Below are positions 8,049 to 17,907 of a stretch of 58,975 bases of DNA, piece after piece (positions within the stretch are counted from its first letter, which is position 1; each line of letters opens with the position of its first letter). The stretch is from the IMG/VR virus record IMGVR_UViG_3300010282_000326; one strand, 5' to 3'. This stretch comes from an uncultured virus (IMG/VR IMGVR_UViG_3300010282_000326). Its lineage: Duplodnaviria > Heunggongvirae > Uroviricota > Caudoviricetes. Both the position numbers and the translations under genes were made by a program. The notes under the pieces were generated by a model. The model was not told where the DNA came from, did not search any database, and saw nothing but the letters and a program-made list of their open reading frames with translations.

Positions 8049-9878
8049 ATGTTTAAGAAATTTATGGCTTGGCTTAATAAGCACAAAGTCGCTCTTTTTG
8101 TTTGGTGCTTTGTTTTAGTTGTGTTGTATGGAGGGATGAAATTACAGAATAAGAATGAAGAAGACAAAATAAAAACTGTTAGCTATGATGAATTTGTGAA
8201 GTTGGCAGAGGAGGGAAAAGTAGATTACATAACTTACAATGTTAATAGTGAATGGATGATATTTAGTTTATATAATGAGGATACAAAGGGTAAAACTCGT
8301 GATGAGTTGGAGGAATTAGATTATCAATATGAAAATAAAGATTTAAGAAAGACATTATATCCTGCCTATGAAGATTTTAGAAAGGATATGCTTTCTTTAG
8401 GTATAAGTATGGATGCTCAGAGAAGTTCTACTGTTATAGCAAATCTTATTTCCAGCTTGATAACACTCTGTTTACCTTTTTTAATTTTGGTTTTAATATT
8501 TAATGGTATGAGTAAAAAGATGGGAGGTCTTGAAAAAGATAGCTTAATACAAGAAAGTACAGTTAAGTTTTCTGATGTTATAGGTCAAGAGGAAATACTT
8601 GATGATATAAAGTTTGTAACAAATCTTATCAAAAACCCTAAATCTGGTAAAGAAGTTGGTGCTAAAGTACCAAAGGGAATATTGCTGTCAGGTGAGCCAG
8701 GCACTGGTAAGACTCTAATAGCGAAAGCAATAGCTGGAGAAGCAGGGGTACCATTTCTATATATGAATGCTTCAAGTTTTATAGAAATGTATGTAGGTGT
8801 TGGTGCAAAGCGTGTAAGAGAGCTTTTCAAAATAGCAAAGGAGAATACTCCTTGTGTAGTTTTTATTGATGAGATTGATGCAGTAGGAAATAAGCGAGAT
8901 TCAAGGGGTACTACTTCAGAAAATGACCAGACTATAAATGCTCTGCTTCAAGAGATGGATGGTTTCTCAGAAAGGTCGGGGGTATTTGTAATAGCAGCTA
9001 CTAATAGACCAGATAAACTTGATAAGGCACTTGTTAGAGCAGGAAGATTTGATAGGCAAATTGTAGTTGCACCACCTAAGGATTGGCGAGTTCGTATGGA
9101 ACTTTTTGCATTCTACTTAAAAGACCTTAAGGTATCTGATGATGTTGACTTAGAAACATTAAGTAAGCAGACAGTTGGTTTTACTGGTGCTGATATCGCA
9201 GCTATCTGTAATGAGGCAGGTATTATAGCTATGATGAAAGAGCAGGAGTTTGTTACAAATGCTTGTATAGAAGAAGCTATAGATAAGAAGATATTTAAAG
9301 GTAATCGTAGTAATGATGATTCTCACAAGAATGATAAGAAAATAGTTGCTTATCACGAAGCAGGTCACGCAGTTGTTACTTATCTTGTAAAACAACCTAT
9401 CGCAAGAGCCACAATTGTAGGTACTACAAGTGGAGTTGGCGGCTTTGTAATGCAGACAGAGTCAGATAGTTACTTTACAACTGATGTAGAGTTGAGAAAC
9501 CAAATAATGATTGCATTTGGGGGTAGAGCTTCTGAAGCTATAAAATTCAATGATATTATTACAACTGGTGCTAGTTCAGATATAACTCAAGCTACAAATA
9601 TTATGTTAAACTATATAGAAAAGTATGGTTTTGATAAAGATTTTGGTATGCTTGATATGAGTGTTCTTAAGGAGCAACAGTTAGTTAGTAGTGATGATAT
9701 TGTAAAGAGACTTTCAGCTATGTCGAGAGATATGTATAATCAAGTGTATTCATTATTAAAGGATGATTATAGTTTAGTTGAAGTATTAGCTCAGAAATTG
9801 CTTGAAGAAGAAACAATTTCGGGTACAGCTATAAAGGAACTCTTGGATAATGAGCGTAAAAAAGGATATTTAAAGTAG
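8049..9878 (+). CDS. ftsH: ATP-dependent zinc metalloprotease FtsH
   Basis: Two N-terminal TM helices, GEPGTGKT Walker A, FIDEID Walker B, ATNRPDKLDKALVRAGRFDR SRH, HEAGH zinc motif. Confidence 0.97.
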   Translation: MFKKFMAWLNKHKVALFVWCFVLVVLYGGMKLQNKNEEDKIKTVSYDEFVKLAEEGKVDYITYNVNSEWMIFSLYNEDTKGKTRDELEELDYQYENKDLRKTLYPAYEDFRKDMLSLGISMDAQRSSTVIANLISSLITLCLPFLILVLIFNGMSKKMGGLEKDSLIQESTVKFSDVIGQEEILDDIKFVTNLIKNPKSGKEVGAKVPKGILLSGEPGTGKTLIAKAIAGEAGVPFLYMNASSFIEMYVGVGAKRVRELFKIAKENTPCVVFIDEIDAVGNKRDSRGTTSENDQTINALLQEMDGFSERSGVFVIAATNRPDKLDKALVRAGRFDRQIVVAPPKDWRVRMELFAFYLKDLKVSDDVDLETLSKQTVGFTGADIAAICNEAGIIAMMKEQEFVTNACIEEAIDKKIFKGNRSNDDSHKNDKKIVAYHEAGHAVVTYLVKQPIARATIVGTTSGVGGFVMQTESDSYFTTDVELRNQIMIAFGGRASEAIKFNDIITTGASSDITQATNIMLNYIEKYGFDKDFGMLDMSVLKEQQLVSSDDIVKRLSAMSRDMYNQVYSLLKDDYSLVEVLAQKLLEEETISGTAIKELLDNERKKGYLK

Positions 9879-9890
9879 GAGGAAGAAAGA

Positions 9891-10855
9891 ATGGGAGCGA
9901 CTTTTCCAATAGCACTTGTTGTGTTAGTAGTTTGTTTAATTATTTTATTTAGTTTTGTACCTTTGGACTATGGATTTCATCCTTAGCTTCAGGTGTATAT
10001 GTTAGTATTTTTTATCTTATTGGTATGAGGCTTAGACGAGTTTCACCTCGTAAAATTATCGAGCCTTTAATTAAGATAAGAAAAGCAGGTATAAAAATAC
10101 CTATTAATGATTTGGAAACACACTATCTTGCTGGAGGAAATGTTGATAATGTTGTAGATGCTCTTATTGCAGCATCGAGAGCAAATATTCCATTAACTTT
10201 TGATTTAGCAGCAGCTATCGACCTTGCAGGTAGAGATGTTTTAGATGCAGTTAAAACATCTGTTAATCCTAAAGTTATATCAACTGATAATATCAGTGCA
10301 GTAGCTAAAGATGGTATTGAAGTGCTTGTAAAAGCAAGAGTTACAGTTAGAACAAATCTTCAAAGACTTGTTGGTGGTGCAGGAGAAGCTACAATTCTTG
10401 CAAGAGTTGGAGAAGGTATTGTAACAACAGTTGGTTCTTCAGAAGAGCATGGGGTAGTTCTTGAAAATCCAGATAGTATTTCAAAGTCAATTATTGAAAA
10501 GGGTTTGGATTCAGGTACATCTTATGAGATTCTTTCTATTGATATAGCTGATATTGATATTGGTCGAAATATTGGAGCACATCTTAAGACATTACAAGCT
10601 GAAGCTGATAAGAACATAGCTCAGGCTAAAGCTGAAGAGCGTAAATCTATTGCTATTGCTCAAGAGCAAGAGAATAAGGCAGCAGTTGTTCTTGCTGAAG
10701 CTGAAGTACCAAAGGCTATGGCTGAAGCATTTAGAAGTGGTAATTTAGGTATTATGGATTATTATAAAATGCAGAATATAAAAGCTGATACTGAAATGAG
10801 AAGTGCTATAGCAACACCAATTGCTAAGCCAGTTACAAAGCCAATTAAGGAGTAA
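9891..10855 (+). CDS. floA: flotillin-like protein FloA (YqfA), interrupted by a 1-nt frameshift near 9963
   Basis: [47 protein letters not shown]; the N-terminal TM (ATG 9891, AGGAGG RBS) is in a different frame from the rest. Confidence 0.9.
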
Positions 10856-10858
10856 ACT

Positions 10859-11242
10859 ATGACAGGTATTATATTTATAGGTATAATCTTTTATATAATT
10901 TATAAGTATAAAAATGGTGGCTTTTCAAACATACAAATCAATGAGGGTACTGCTGAAAATAATAGACCTTTAACTCAAGCAGAGCAAGAAGCCTTAAAAG
11001 CTCAAGTGCGAGAAAGATTAAAGCATAAGCCAGACCCACATTATATACCAAAGAAAGCTAAAGTTTTTACACAAGATGATATAGAAGCATATCATAATGT
11101 GTTAGATGAATGTGATACTGATGGTTGTGATGTTTCTGAACATCCTGTGCAAGAAACTGAAGAGATTGTTGAAGTTGAATATGAATATCCTTTAGTTTGG
11201 CAGTTAGCTGTTGCAGAAGCAATATCAAGGAGAGTAGGATAG
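10859..11242 (+). CDS. small membrane-anchored protein (position equivalent to YqfB)
   Basis: N-terminal TM helix; directly follows floA. Confidence 0.6.
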   Translation: MTGIIFIGIIFYIIYKYKNGGFSNIQINEGTAENNRPLTQAEQEALKAQVRERLKHKPDPHYIPKKAKVFTQDDIEAYHNVLDECDTDGCDVSEHPVQETEEIVEVEYEYPLVWQLAVAEAISRRVG

Positions 11243-11470
11243 ATGTATATTGATAGTTTGGGAAATGCAAGAAATAATAAAGGTCAAATTATTTGTGCAA
11301 GATGCTATAAAGTTACAAATGTAACTACTATGTCTTGGTTTAATACACAAATGATTTGTTCTAATTGTAGAAAACAAGAGGAGAATGACCCTCGTATAAA
11401 ACAAGCTAAAAAAATGGAGCGTCAAGCTGTATTGCAAGGAAATATGAATTTTAAAGGAGTGGGATGGTAA
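11243..11470 (+). CDS. small zinc-binding phage-type protein
   Basis: CARC...MSWFNTQMICSNC...GNMNFKGVG. Confidence 0.7.
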   Translation: MYIDSLGNARNNKGQIICARCYKVTNVTTMSWFNTQMICSNCRKQEENDPRIKQAKKMERQAVLQGNMNFKGVGW

Positions 11471-12027
11471 TGCGAAAGAAAGTATTAACTTTAACTTTAG
11501 TTTTTGCAATGTTAGGTTTAACTGCTTGTTCTAGAGAAGATTTAGAAAAAGGTGTTGATGTGTCAGCTTATACTGATAAGTTACTTGATTCAGTAGATGT
11601 ACCTCAAACTGGTGGAGATGATAATCTTAAGGATTTTGTTTATGGTAATCTTAAAACAGTTGGTATAGATGTTCATCACTTAGGGGGTATTCCTCAAGGC
11701 ACCTATATTGGAGATTATATTAATGCATTGTTAGATGAGGTTGAGTTAAATACAACTACTAAAGAAGATGCTGAAGCTTATGTAAGAAAGAAGCTTGAAG
11801 AAATGGGTATTGACCAGACAGGCTTAGTTAATGATGAAGTTATTGATGTTATTGTAACTGCATTAAGAGAACAGAATATTGATGTCGATGATATAGTAAC
11901 GGATGGTGCAGTTTCTACTGAAACAGATGCAAGTACAGAAGCAGGTACATCTGAGACTACTGAAAGTACAGAAGCTGATACACCTGATACAGCAGGAAGT
12001 ACAGAAGCTACCTCGGAAGGAGAGTAA
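11470..12027 (+). CDS. putative lipoprotein with acidic Thr/Glu-rich tail
   Basis: Signal peptide with LTAC lipobox; STETDASTEAGTSETTESTE tail. Confidence 0.75.
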   Translation: MRKKVLTLTLVFAMLGLTACSREDLEKGVDVSAYTDKLLDSVDVPQTGGDDNLKDFVYGNLKTVGIDVHHLGGIPQGTYIGDYINALLDEVELNTTTKEDAEAYVRKKLEEMGIDQTGLVNDEVIDVIVTALREQNIDVDDIVTDGAVSTETDASTEAGTSETTESTEADTPDTAGSTEATSEGE

Positions 12028-12029
12028 TT

Positions 12030-13073
12030 ATGTTTTATATTTCAAGTTTCAGACAAGGAAATAAAGTAGGAGTAATAGACTCAAAGGATGGGGTAGTTGA
12101 ATACTATACACCAAGTGAGATTGCTAAATTTCCCTCAATGAATATAACAATAATTACTCCAGATGTTATGAGTGACTTTTTAAGTTTTATGAATCATTTA
12201 TGTTTAGAAGAGGAAAAGTTCTCAGGTGATGATTTTAATACTACATTAAAATATGTAGTTGATAAAGTAACAGGTCAATTTAGTGATAGCATTTGTGATT
12301 TAAAGAAAGAGTATAAGAAAGTTAAACGCTATGGTTTTGATGCTGATATAACAAGAATGCTTTATAAAGATGATTTACTTTTATTTGAGTATGTGCGTTT
12401 TTATAGTGATTATAATCATACATCTTCAAGTAATAAAAAGAATGTTTTAGTCCATTTTTGTAAAGTTTGGGGTTTTAGTAAAGAGCAGGTAGAAAGGTCT
12501 ACTATAGTTGATAATAATAATTGGACTTTGATTGAGAATTATGGTAGTGTTTTAGATGTAGTAAACTTTGATACTGGAAAAGTTGAGAGAATAAATGCTA
12601 AGGATTTAAAGCGTTTTCTTAAGAAGAATAATGTTAATGGAATTACTAAACAAGGTGATAATTTAGTATTTAATTCTTTGCTTGATAGCCACCCTAATTT
12701 TAAAGTTCTTTGTTTCTTAAATTCTTTGATTGTCAATATGGGTGATTTAGATAATTATACTCTTGAGAATTTTATAAATTCTATGAAAACATCAAAAAGT
12801 TATAGAAGTTCAGAAATAGGTGGCTCAAGAGTGGATTATCTATCTGATTTAGTATCAGCTTATAATAATGTGAGGGGTATTTTTCCACCAGATGAATTAT
12901 ATGCTGTATATAGTAATAAGCCATCAAGATTTACTCAAGCTTTTAATTCAATGTTAAGTGCGAGTCGACGTAGGAATTCTAATGATTTAGTATATCTTGA
13001 TGTATTACATAGTGTTAATTTACCAGATTCACTATTACCAGTTGCAAAGGATAAATTATTTGTCATGGGTTAA
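12030..13073 (+). CDS. hypothetical protein with two copies of the GVxDxxDGxxE module
   Basis: VGVIDSKDGVVEYY at the N-terminus; LDVVNFDTGKVERI internally. Confidence 0.7.
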   Translation: MFYISSFRQGNKVGVIDSKDGVVEYYTPSEIAKFPSMNITIITPDVMSDFLSFMNHLCLEEEKFSGDDFNTTLKYVVDKVTGQFSDSICDLKKEYKKVKRYGFDADITRMLYKDDLLLFEYVRFYSDYNHTSSSNKKNVLVHFCKVWGFSKEQVERSTIVDNNNWTLIENYGSVLDVVNFDTGKVERINAKDLKRFLKKNNVNGITKQGDNLVFNSLLDSHPNFKVLCFLNSLIVNMGDLDNYTLENFINSMKTSKSYRSSEIGGSRVDYLSDLVSAYNNVRGIFPPDELYAVYSNKPSRFTQAFNSMLSASRRRNSNDLVYLDVLHSVNLPDSLLPVAKDKLFVMG

Positions 13074-13092
13074 TTAATATAGGAGGTTAGTT

Positions 13093-14160
13093 ATGGAACA
13101 GGCTCAAAATTTAGATGCTTTACTTAAAGAGGCTGTTGATATGCATGGTTCAGATTTACATTTAAGTGTAGGTGCAAAGCCAAGAACAAGAGTACATGGT
13201 TTATTAAAAGATATGCCTTATAAAGTAATAACACCAGATAATGCTGAAAAGTTGATTATGCCTTTATTGGATACTTTAGCAAGAACAGAGTTAAACTCTA
13301 CTGGTCAGTATGACTTAGCTTATTCAGTTCCAGGTCTTGCTCGTTTCCGTGTAAATATTTTTCATCAGAAAGGTGATTTAGCAGGGGTATTTCGTGTACT
13401 TAATGAGACAGTACCAGATTATACAACACTTGGTTTACCTCTTTCAGTTTTTAATCTATATAAGAAAAGAAGAGGTCTTATACTTATAGTTGGACCGACT
13501 GGTTCAGGTAAATCTACCACTCTTGCAAGTTTCTTACATATCATAAATGAGAATTTATATAAGCATATCATAACATTGGAAGACCCTATCGAGTATATAC
13601 ATTGGCATAAGCGAAGTCTTATAAATCAGAGGGAGATTGGTACAGACTGTGATTCTTTTGCAAATGGGTTGCGAGCAGCACTTCGTGAAGACCCAGATGT
13701 TATACTTGTTGGAGAGATGCGTGATACTGAGACAGCGGAAATTGCATTAACCTCAGCAGAAACTGGTCACCTTGTTTGTTCAACACTTCATACTCTTGGA
13801 GCAGCAGATACAGTAAACCGTATTATAGATATGTTCCCAGAAAAGAAGCAAGGTATAGCACGAAGTATGTTAACTGGGGTACTTGAGGCTGTTGTTTCAC
13901 AACAGTTGTTGCCTAGAAAAGATGGTAGTGGCTATGTTGTAGCTTATGAGGCTATGTTTGTAAATAAATATATTAAAGAGTTAATAAAGAATAAAGAGCA
14001 AGATGCTATATCTGATTATTTAAACGAGTCAGAAGCTAAGGAAATGGGTATGGTATCTATGGATTCAACAATATTGAATCTTTATAAAAAGGGCTTGATA
14101 GAAAGAGATACTGCTTTAGATTATTCATTTGATAGGAGAAGTTTATCAAAAATAATTTAG
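13093..14160 (+). CDS. pilT: type IV pilus retraction-type ATPase PilT
   Basis: GSDLHL, RFRVNIF, GPTGSGKSTT, TLEDPIE, NQREIG, LREDPDVILVGEMRD, AETGHLVCSTLHT. Confidence 0.95.
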   Translation: MEQAQNLDALLKEAVDMHGSDLHLSVGAKPRTRVHGLLKDMPYKVITPDNAEKLIMPLLDTLARTELNSTGQYDLAYSVPGLARFRVNIFHQKGDLAGVFRVLNETVPDYTTLGLPLSVFNLYKKRRGLILIVGPTGSGKSTTLASFLHIINENLYKHIITLEDPIEYIHWHKRSLINQREIGTDCDSFANGLRAALREDPDVILVGEMRDTETAEIALTSAETGHLVCSTLHTLGAADTVNRIIDMFPEKKQGIARSMLTGVLEAVVSQQLLPRKDGSGYVVAYEAMFVNKYIKELIKNKEQDAISDYLNESEAKEMGMVSMDSTILNLYKKGLIERDTALDYSFDRRSLSKII

Positions 14161-14171
14161 GAGGCTAGTTT

Positions 14172-14465
14172 ATGAGTAATGTAGTTTTTGTTTTAGGCAA
14201 TAAAGAATTTGCTGTGACATTAGGTAATAAAACTAACGATATAGGCTCAATTATAATTGCTTCAATCTTTGAAGATGTTGAGAGATTTATTTCTTTACAG
14301 GGTGATTTTTATATTGTTGCTTTTGGAAATGATACACATATCGATACGAGTTTATTTAATGAAGATAACATTATTGTAATAACAGATTCAGATAGAAACT
14401 TGGATGAATTAGCAGAATTAGTGTGTAATGAATTTGGTTTCAAAACTAAGACAGAGTATATTTAA
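14172..14465 (+). CDS. hypothetical protein
   Basis: ORF with AGGAGG RBS. Confidence 0.65.
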   Translation: MSNVVFVLGNKEFAVTLGNKTNDIGSIIIASIFEDVERFISLQGDFYIVAFGNDTHIDTSLFNEDNIIVITDSDRNLDELAELVCNEFGFKTKTEYI

Positions 14466-14517
14466 GTTAAGTTTGTATAAGTACCTCTAAGAAGTCAAGT
14501 AAACTTATGAGTTTTGA

Positions 14518-14546
14518 TTGACTTTTTTTCTGTTTTGTGTTATAAT
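14518..14546 (+). promoter_or_regulatory. sigmaA-type promoter with extended -10
   Basis: TTGACT-17 bp-TATAAT with TGTG upstream of the -10. Confidence 0.8.
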
Positions 14547-14568
14547 TATAGCAATGGAGGTGAAAGCT

Positions 14569-15327
14569 ATGCTGAAATATATGCTAAAAGATAAGCGTAC
14601 AAATCAAGAAGTTTTTATGCAAAGGCTTGTTGATTTTGATTTGGCTAGTGATGGTCAAAAGACAGACTATATTTTTTATAATAAGTTAGATAAGGCAGTG
14701 TTTGAAGATAATAAAAATACTGTACTTAAGTATTGTTGTGTTGATTTTGCAAAGTTTTGTCATTTATTTGGCTTTAAACTTGTTAAGCATTCTGTTATAA
14801 GTGGTAGCCATTTCGATAGTCTTTCAGATATAGCAAATTTTTATATTAGTATGACATTTAAGGTGGATAATAAAGATATTGTTAACTACCCTAACAGTTA
14901 TAGAAAATATATTGATGACTGTATGTGCTATGGTGTAAGTCAGTATTTTAACTTAGAGAATATAACAAATGTTATAGCAATACCATTTATTGAAACTTTA
15001 GTTGAAAATCTTGATAGATTGGGTATTTTATGGGCATTATATCTTGATAATGACTCAATATTAAATTATATGAATGAGTCAGGTGTATTAAAGCAGTACC
15101 CAAGTTTATATGAAGCAGGTATTATCGATGAATATGGTAAGGCTGATTATAAGTCTATATCTGATATACCAAAATGTGTTATAGAACCAATTTTACATGA
15201 ACCAGATAGCAAACAGCAGATTGCAAAGTGGTCTTTGTTTAGAGAGTTAAACAACAATTATTCATTCGGGGGTACTGTCACATTAGTAGATAAAGAAACA
15301 CTTGAAATTACTTTTAAGTTTATATAA
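14569..15327 (+). CDS. hypothetical protein
   Basis: ATG at 14569 after GGAGGTG; the track's start at 14518 overlaps the promoter. Confidence 0.7.
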   Translation: MLKYMLKDKRTNQEVFMQRLVDFDLASDGQKTDYIFYNKLDKAVFEDNKNTVLKYCCVDFAKFCHLFGFKLVKHSVISGSHFDSLSDIANFYISMTFKVDNKDIVNYPNSYRKYIDDCMCYGVSQYFNLENITNVIAIPFIETLVENLDRLGILWALYLDNDSILNYMNESGVLKQYPSLYEAGIIDEYGKADYKSISDIPKCVIEPILHEPDSKQQIAKWSLFRELNNNYSFGGTVTLVDKETLEITFKFI

Positions 15328-15336
15328 GGAGGAGTT

Positions 15337-15711
15337 ATGGAAGTAATAAATAAGTTAGTGGATAAAAATACTGGAGTGCTTTGTGGTGTTCTTGTAGGTA
15401 ATAGTTATGATGATGAAGATGAGGAAGTTTATGGTAAGGTTGCTTTATCTTTAGAGAAGGCTACAGAATTAGATATAGATGAGATGGGTTATCTTGAATA
15501 TCTTGATGTTCCAAGTATTGAAATATTTGATTTAGGTAGCTCATTTGTATATTTCGAAGAGGATAGACTGTGTATGCCTGACATAAATGATATTCCTATG
15601 GAAAGATTGGAAGATAGTAAATTTGCAGTTTATGGTTATGTATATGAGTCTAGAGAGAAAATGCCTTATGACGATGAAATTATTATAAAGAGAGTTTTAG
15701 ATATTCAGTAG
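15337..15711 (+). CDS. acidic hypothetical protein
   Basis: AAGGAGG RBS; Asp/Glu-rich. Confidence 0.7.
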   Translation: MEVINKLVDKNTGVLCGVLVGNSYDDEDEEVYGKVALSLEKATELDIDEMGYLEYLDVPSIEIFDLGSSFVYFEEDRLCMPDINDIPMERLEDSKFAVYGYVYESREKMPYDDEIIIKRVLDIQ

Positions 15712-15729
15712 TAAAGATTCTTTTTAAAT

Positions 15730-15768
15730 CTAGCAGGGAGTACTTGATATTTCCTGCTAGTTTTATTA
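15730..15768 (+). terminator. intrinsic terminator
   Basis: CTAGCAGGGA/TTCCTGCTAG stem followed by TTTTATT. Confidence 0.75.
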
Positions 15769-15790
15769 TACTCAATGTAATTATTTTTAT

Positions 15791-16966
15791 TTGAAAGGTT
15801 GTGATATCTTGATTTTGCGTGACCAGATTCATGGTGATGTAGAATTTTCAGCAGCAGAAATGAAACTTATTACAAGTAAGTCTTTTGAAAGATTGAGATA
15901 TATAAAGCAGTTAGGTTTTGCCGAAAAGGTATACTCTGGAGCAACACATAACAGATACCAACACAGTTTGGGGGTATGTAAGTGTGTTACGGATATGTAT
16001 AATGCAGTTGTTAGAAATTGTCCAGAGTTTTATCGAGAAGGTGATTTAGAGCTTTTAAGAATGATGGCTCTTGTGCATGATATCGGACATAGTCCATTTA
16101 GTCATGCAAGTGAAGAGTTGTCAGATAAGTCGCATGAAGAAAGAATGGCTGATATTCTAGAATACGAGAAGAAAAATATAATATTAGCTCATAATTATAA
16201 TATTGAGGCTTGGGATTTAATTACTCAAGTTTATCTTGGTGAGGGCTTAACATATCTGAGTGATAGTCATCTGATTGCTTTGCATAACTTTATGGATGGT
16301 TTTATAGATGCTGATAAGTTAGATTATTTACAAAGAGATGCTGTGAATTGTGGTGTATCTTATGGTAATTTTGATAAAGATGCTTTGGTAAATAATTTGA
16401 CAATAATAAAGAACGAGACAGGGGTAGAGAAGATTGGCATACTTGATACTGGTGTTCAAGCTTTTGAAAGTTTTTTATTAGCCAGATATTATATGTTTAG
16501 TCAGGTTTATATGCATCCAATAGAGCGAATAAATCGTTGGTGTTTCTGTAATGAAATGAAAGAGTTTTTACCGAATGGTAAATACCCAGACAATGTTTCT
16601 AAGTTCTTACAGTTAGATGATACTAAATATGTCAGACGATTTAAGTTTCTTAAGGATTTTGATTATGAATTGATTTATGATTCAGAATATAATCATGACA
16701 TTAAGAAGTTAGTTGATAAAAAACTTGGAAAGTTGGTATTATGTGATACACCACTTAAAAGTATTTTTCGTAAGAGTACTGATGATGATACAGTATATGT
16801 CTTAAATAGTACAACTGGTGATGTAATTTCTTGTGATAAAGCATCACCTATACTTAAAGGTATTGAGTTTGTAAATATACATAAACTTCGATATTATGCT
16901 GAGAAATCAATAGCAGGTGAAGTTAAACAGGAATTATCAAAATTATTGAAAGGAGTTAAAAGATGA
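15791..16966 (+). CDS. HD-domain phosphohydrolase (dNTP triphosphohydrolase/YwfO/SAMHD1-like)
   Basis: RDQIHG, FERLRYIKQLG, ATHNRYQHSLG, HDIGHSPFSH, DADKLDYLQRD, RYYMFSQVYMH. Confidence 0.92.
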   Translation: MKGCDILILRDQIHGDVEFSAAEMKLITSKSFERLRYIKQLGFAEKVYSGATHNRYQHSLGVCKCVTDMYNAVVRNCPEFYREGDLELLRMMALVHDIGHSPFSHASEELSDKSHEERMADILEYEKKNIILAHNYNIEAWDLITQVYLGEGLTYLSDSHLIALHNFMDGFIDADKLDYLQRDAVNCGVSYGNFDKDALVNNLTIIKNETGVEKIGILDTGVQAFESFLLARYYMFSQVYMHPIERINRWCFCNEMKEFLPNGKYPDNVSKFLQLDDTKYVRRFKFLKDFDYELIYDSEYNHDIKKLVDKKLGKLVLCDTPLKSIFRKSTDDDTVYVLNSTTGDVISCDKASPILKGIEFVNIHKLRYYAEKSIAGEVKQELSKLLKGVKR

Positions 16967-17475
16967 TAACAGCGAATGATAGTTTGTTTTGCATTGTAAA
17001 TGCTTGTGATAAAGGTCTTAGATTAAATAAGTTATCCTACTATATGTATATTTGCCAGTTAGCAGGTTATGATTTTTCTTTTAACTTCAAAATAACATCT
17101 TCAGGGGTACAAAGTAAGAACTTGATAAAGTATATTGAGCAGCTTGAGAATGAAGATTATATAGTTCAAGATGATAATATGCTTAGAAATACAAAGAAGG
17201 GGTATGATTATCTTGAATCTATTATACTTTCATTAGATGAAATTGAGTTTGCTGACTGGCTTATGAGAATAACTTATAAATTAGATGTTGAGGATTTGCG
17301 TTTATTAGTTATTACAAATATCGTATTAGAGGAGTACATGGGTAAAGAGATGCTTGAAACAAGCAAAAAGAAAATTATGGATACAGTTTCAGTTCTATGC
17401 CCCTCATTTACGGATAAAGAATTTTATAGTGCAATAAATTTAATTCAAAGGATTAAGGAGAAAAATTATGAGTAA
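16963..17475 (+). CDS. YwgA/DUF4065-like winged-helix protein
   Basis: NKLSYYMYICQ..F.F....GVQS..L...IEQL pattern; ATGA-coupled to the HD hydrolase like ywfO-ywgA. Confidence 0.5.
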   Translation: MITANDSLFCIVNACDKGLRLNKLSYYMYICQLAGYDFSFNFKITSSGVQSKNLIKYIEQLENEDYIVQDDNMLRNTKKGYDYLESIILSLDEIEFADWLMRITYKLDVEDLRLLVITNIVLEEYMGKEMLETSKKKIMDTVSVLCPSFTDKEFYSAINLIQRIKEKNYE

Positions 17476-17848
17476 GTTAAAAAAAGTATTGGTTTTAGTA
17501 GGAATTGTGTTATTTTTTGTAGGTATTGTTGTTACAATATTCATTATAAGTAAGAAGGAAAATGATAAAGTTGTTCAGGCAGATATTATTGAAGCCACCT
17601 ACACAGATGATAATGCAAGACCTATAAAAGAGGTTAAAGTAACTACTTCTGATAGAACAGTTGTAAGTATATCTTCTGTAACTGATGCTGAAGAGCTTGT
17701 AGGTAGTAATGCTACTGCTGATGTAGTATATGAAGATGGAGAAGTTGTTACAAAACCTTGTTATATTGTTAGAACAATTGATAAGAATTTGAAAGAAATT
17801 AAGTACACTGATGGTAATTATATTAAGATTGAATTACCTTTAAATTAA
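17468..17848 (+). CDS. membrane-anchored hypothetical protein
   Basis: N-terminal TM helix. Confidence 0.65.
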   Translation: MSKLKKVLVLVGIVLFFVGIVVTIFIISKKENDKVVQADIIEATYTDDNARPIKEVKVTTSDRTVVSISSVTDAEELVGSNATADVVYEDGEVVTKPCYIVRTIDKNLKEIKYTDGNYIKIELPLN

Positions 17849-17907
17849 AGGTGTATTTGTAGGTTCAGTATTAGTGTTGTGATTATATTTTGTTTAGGAG
17901 GTTTATT

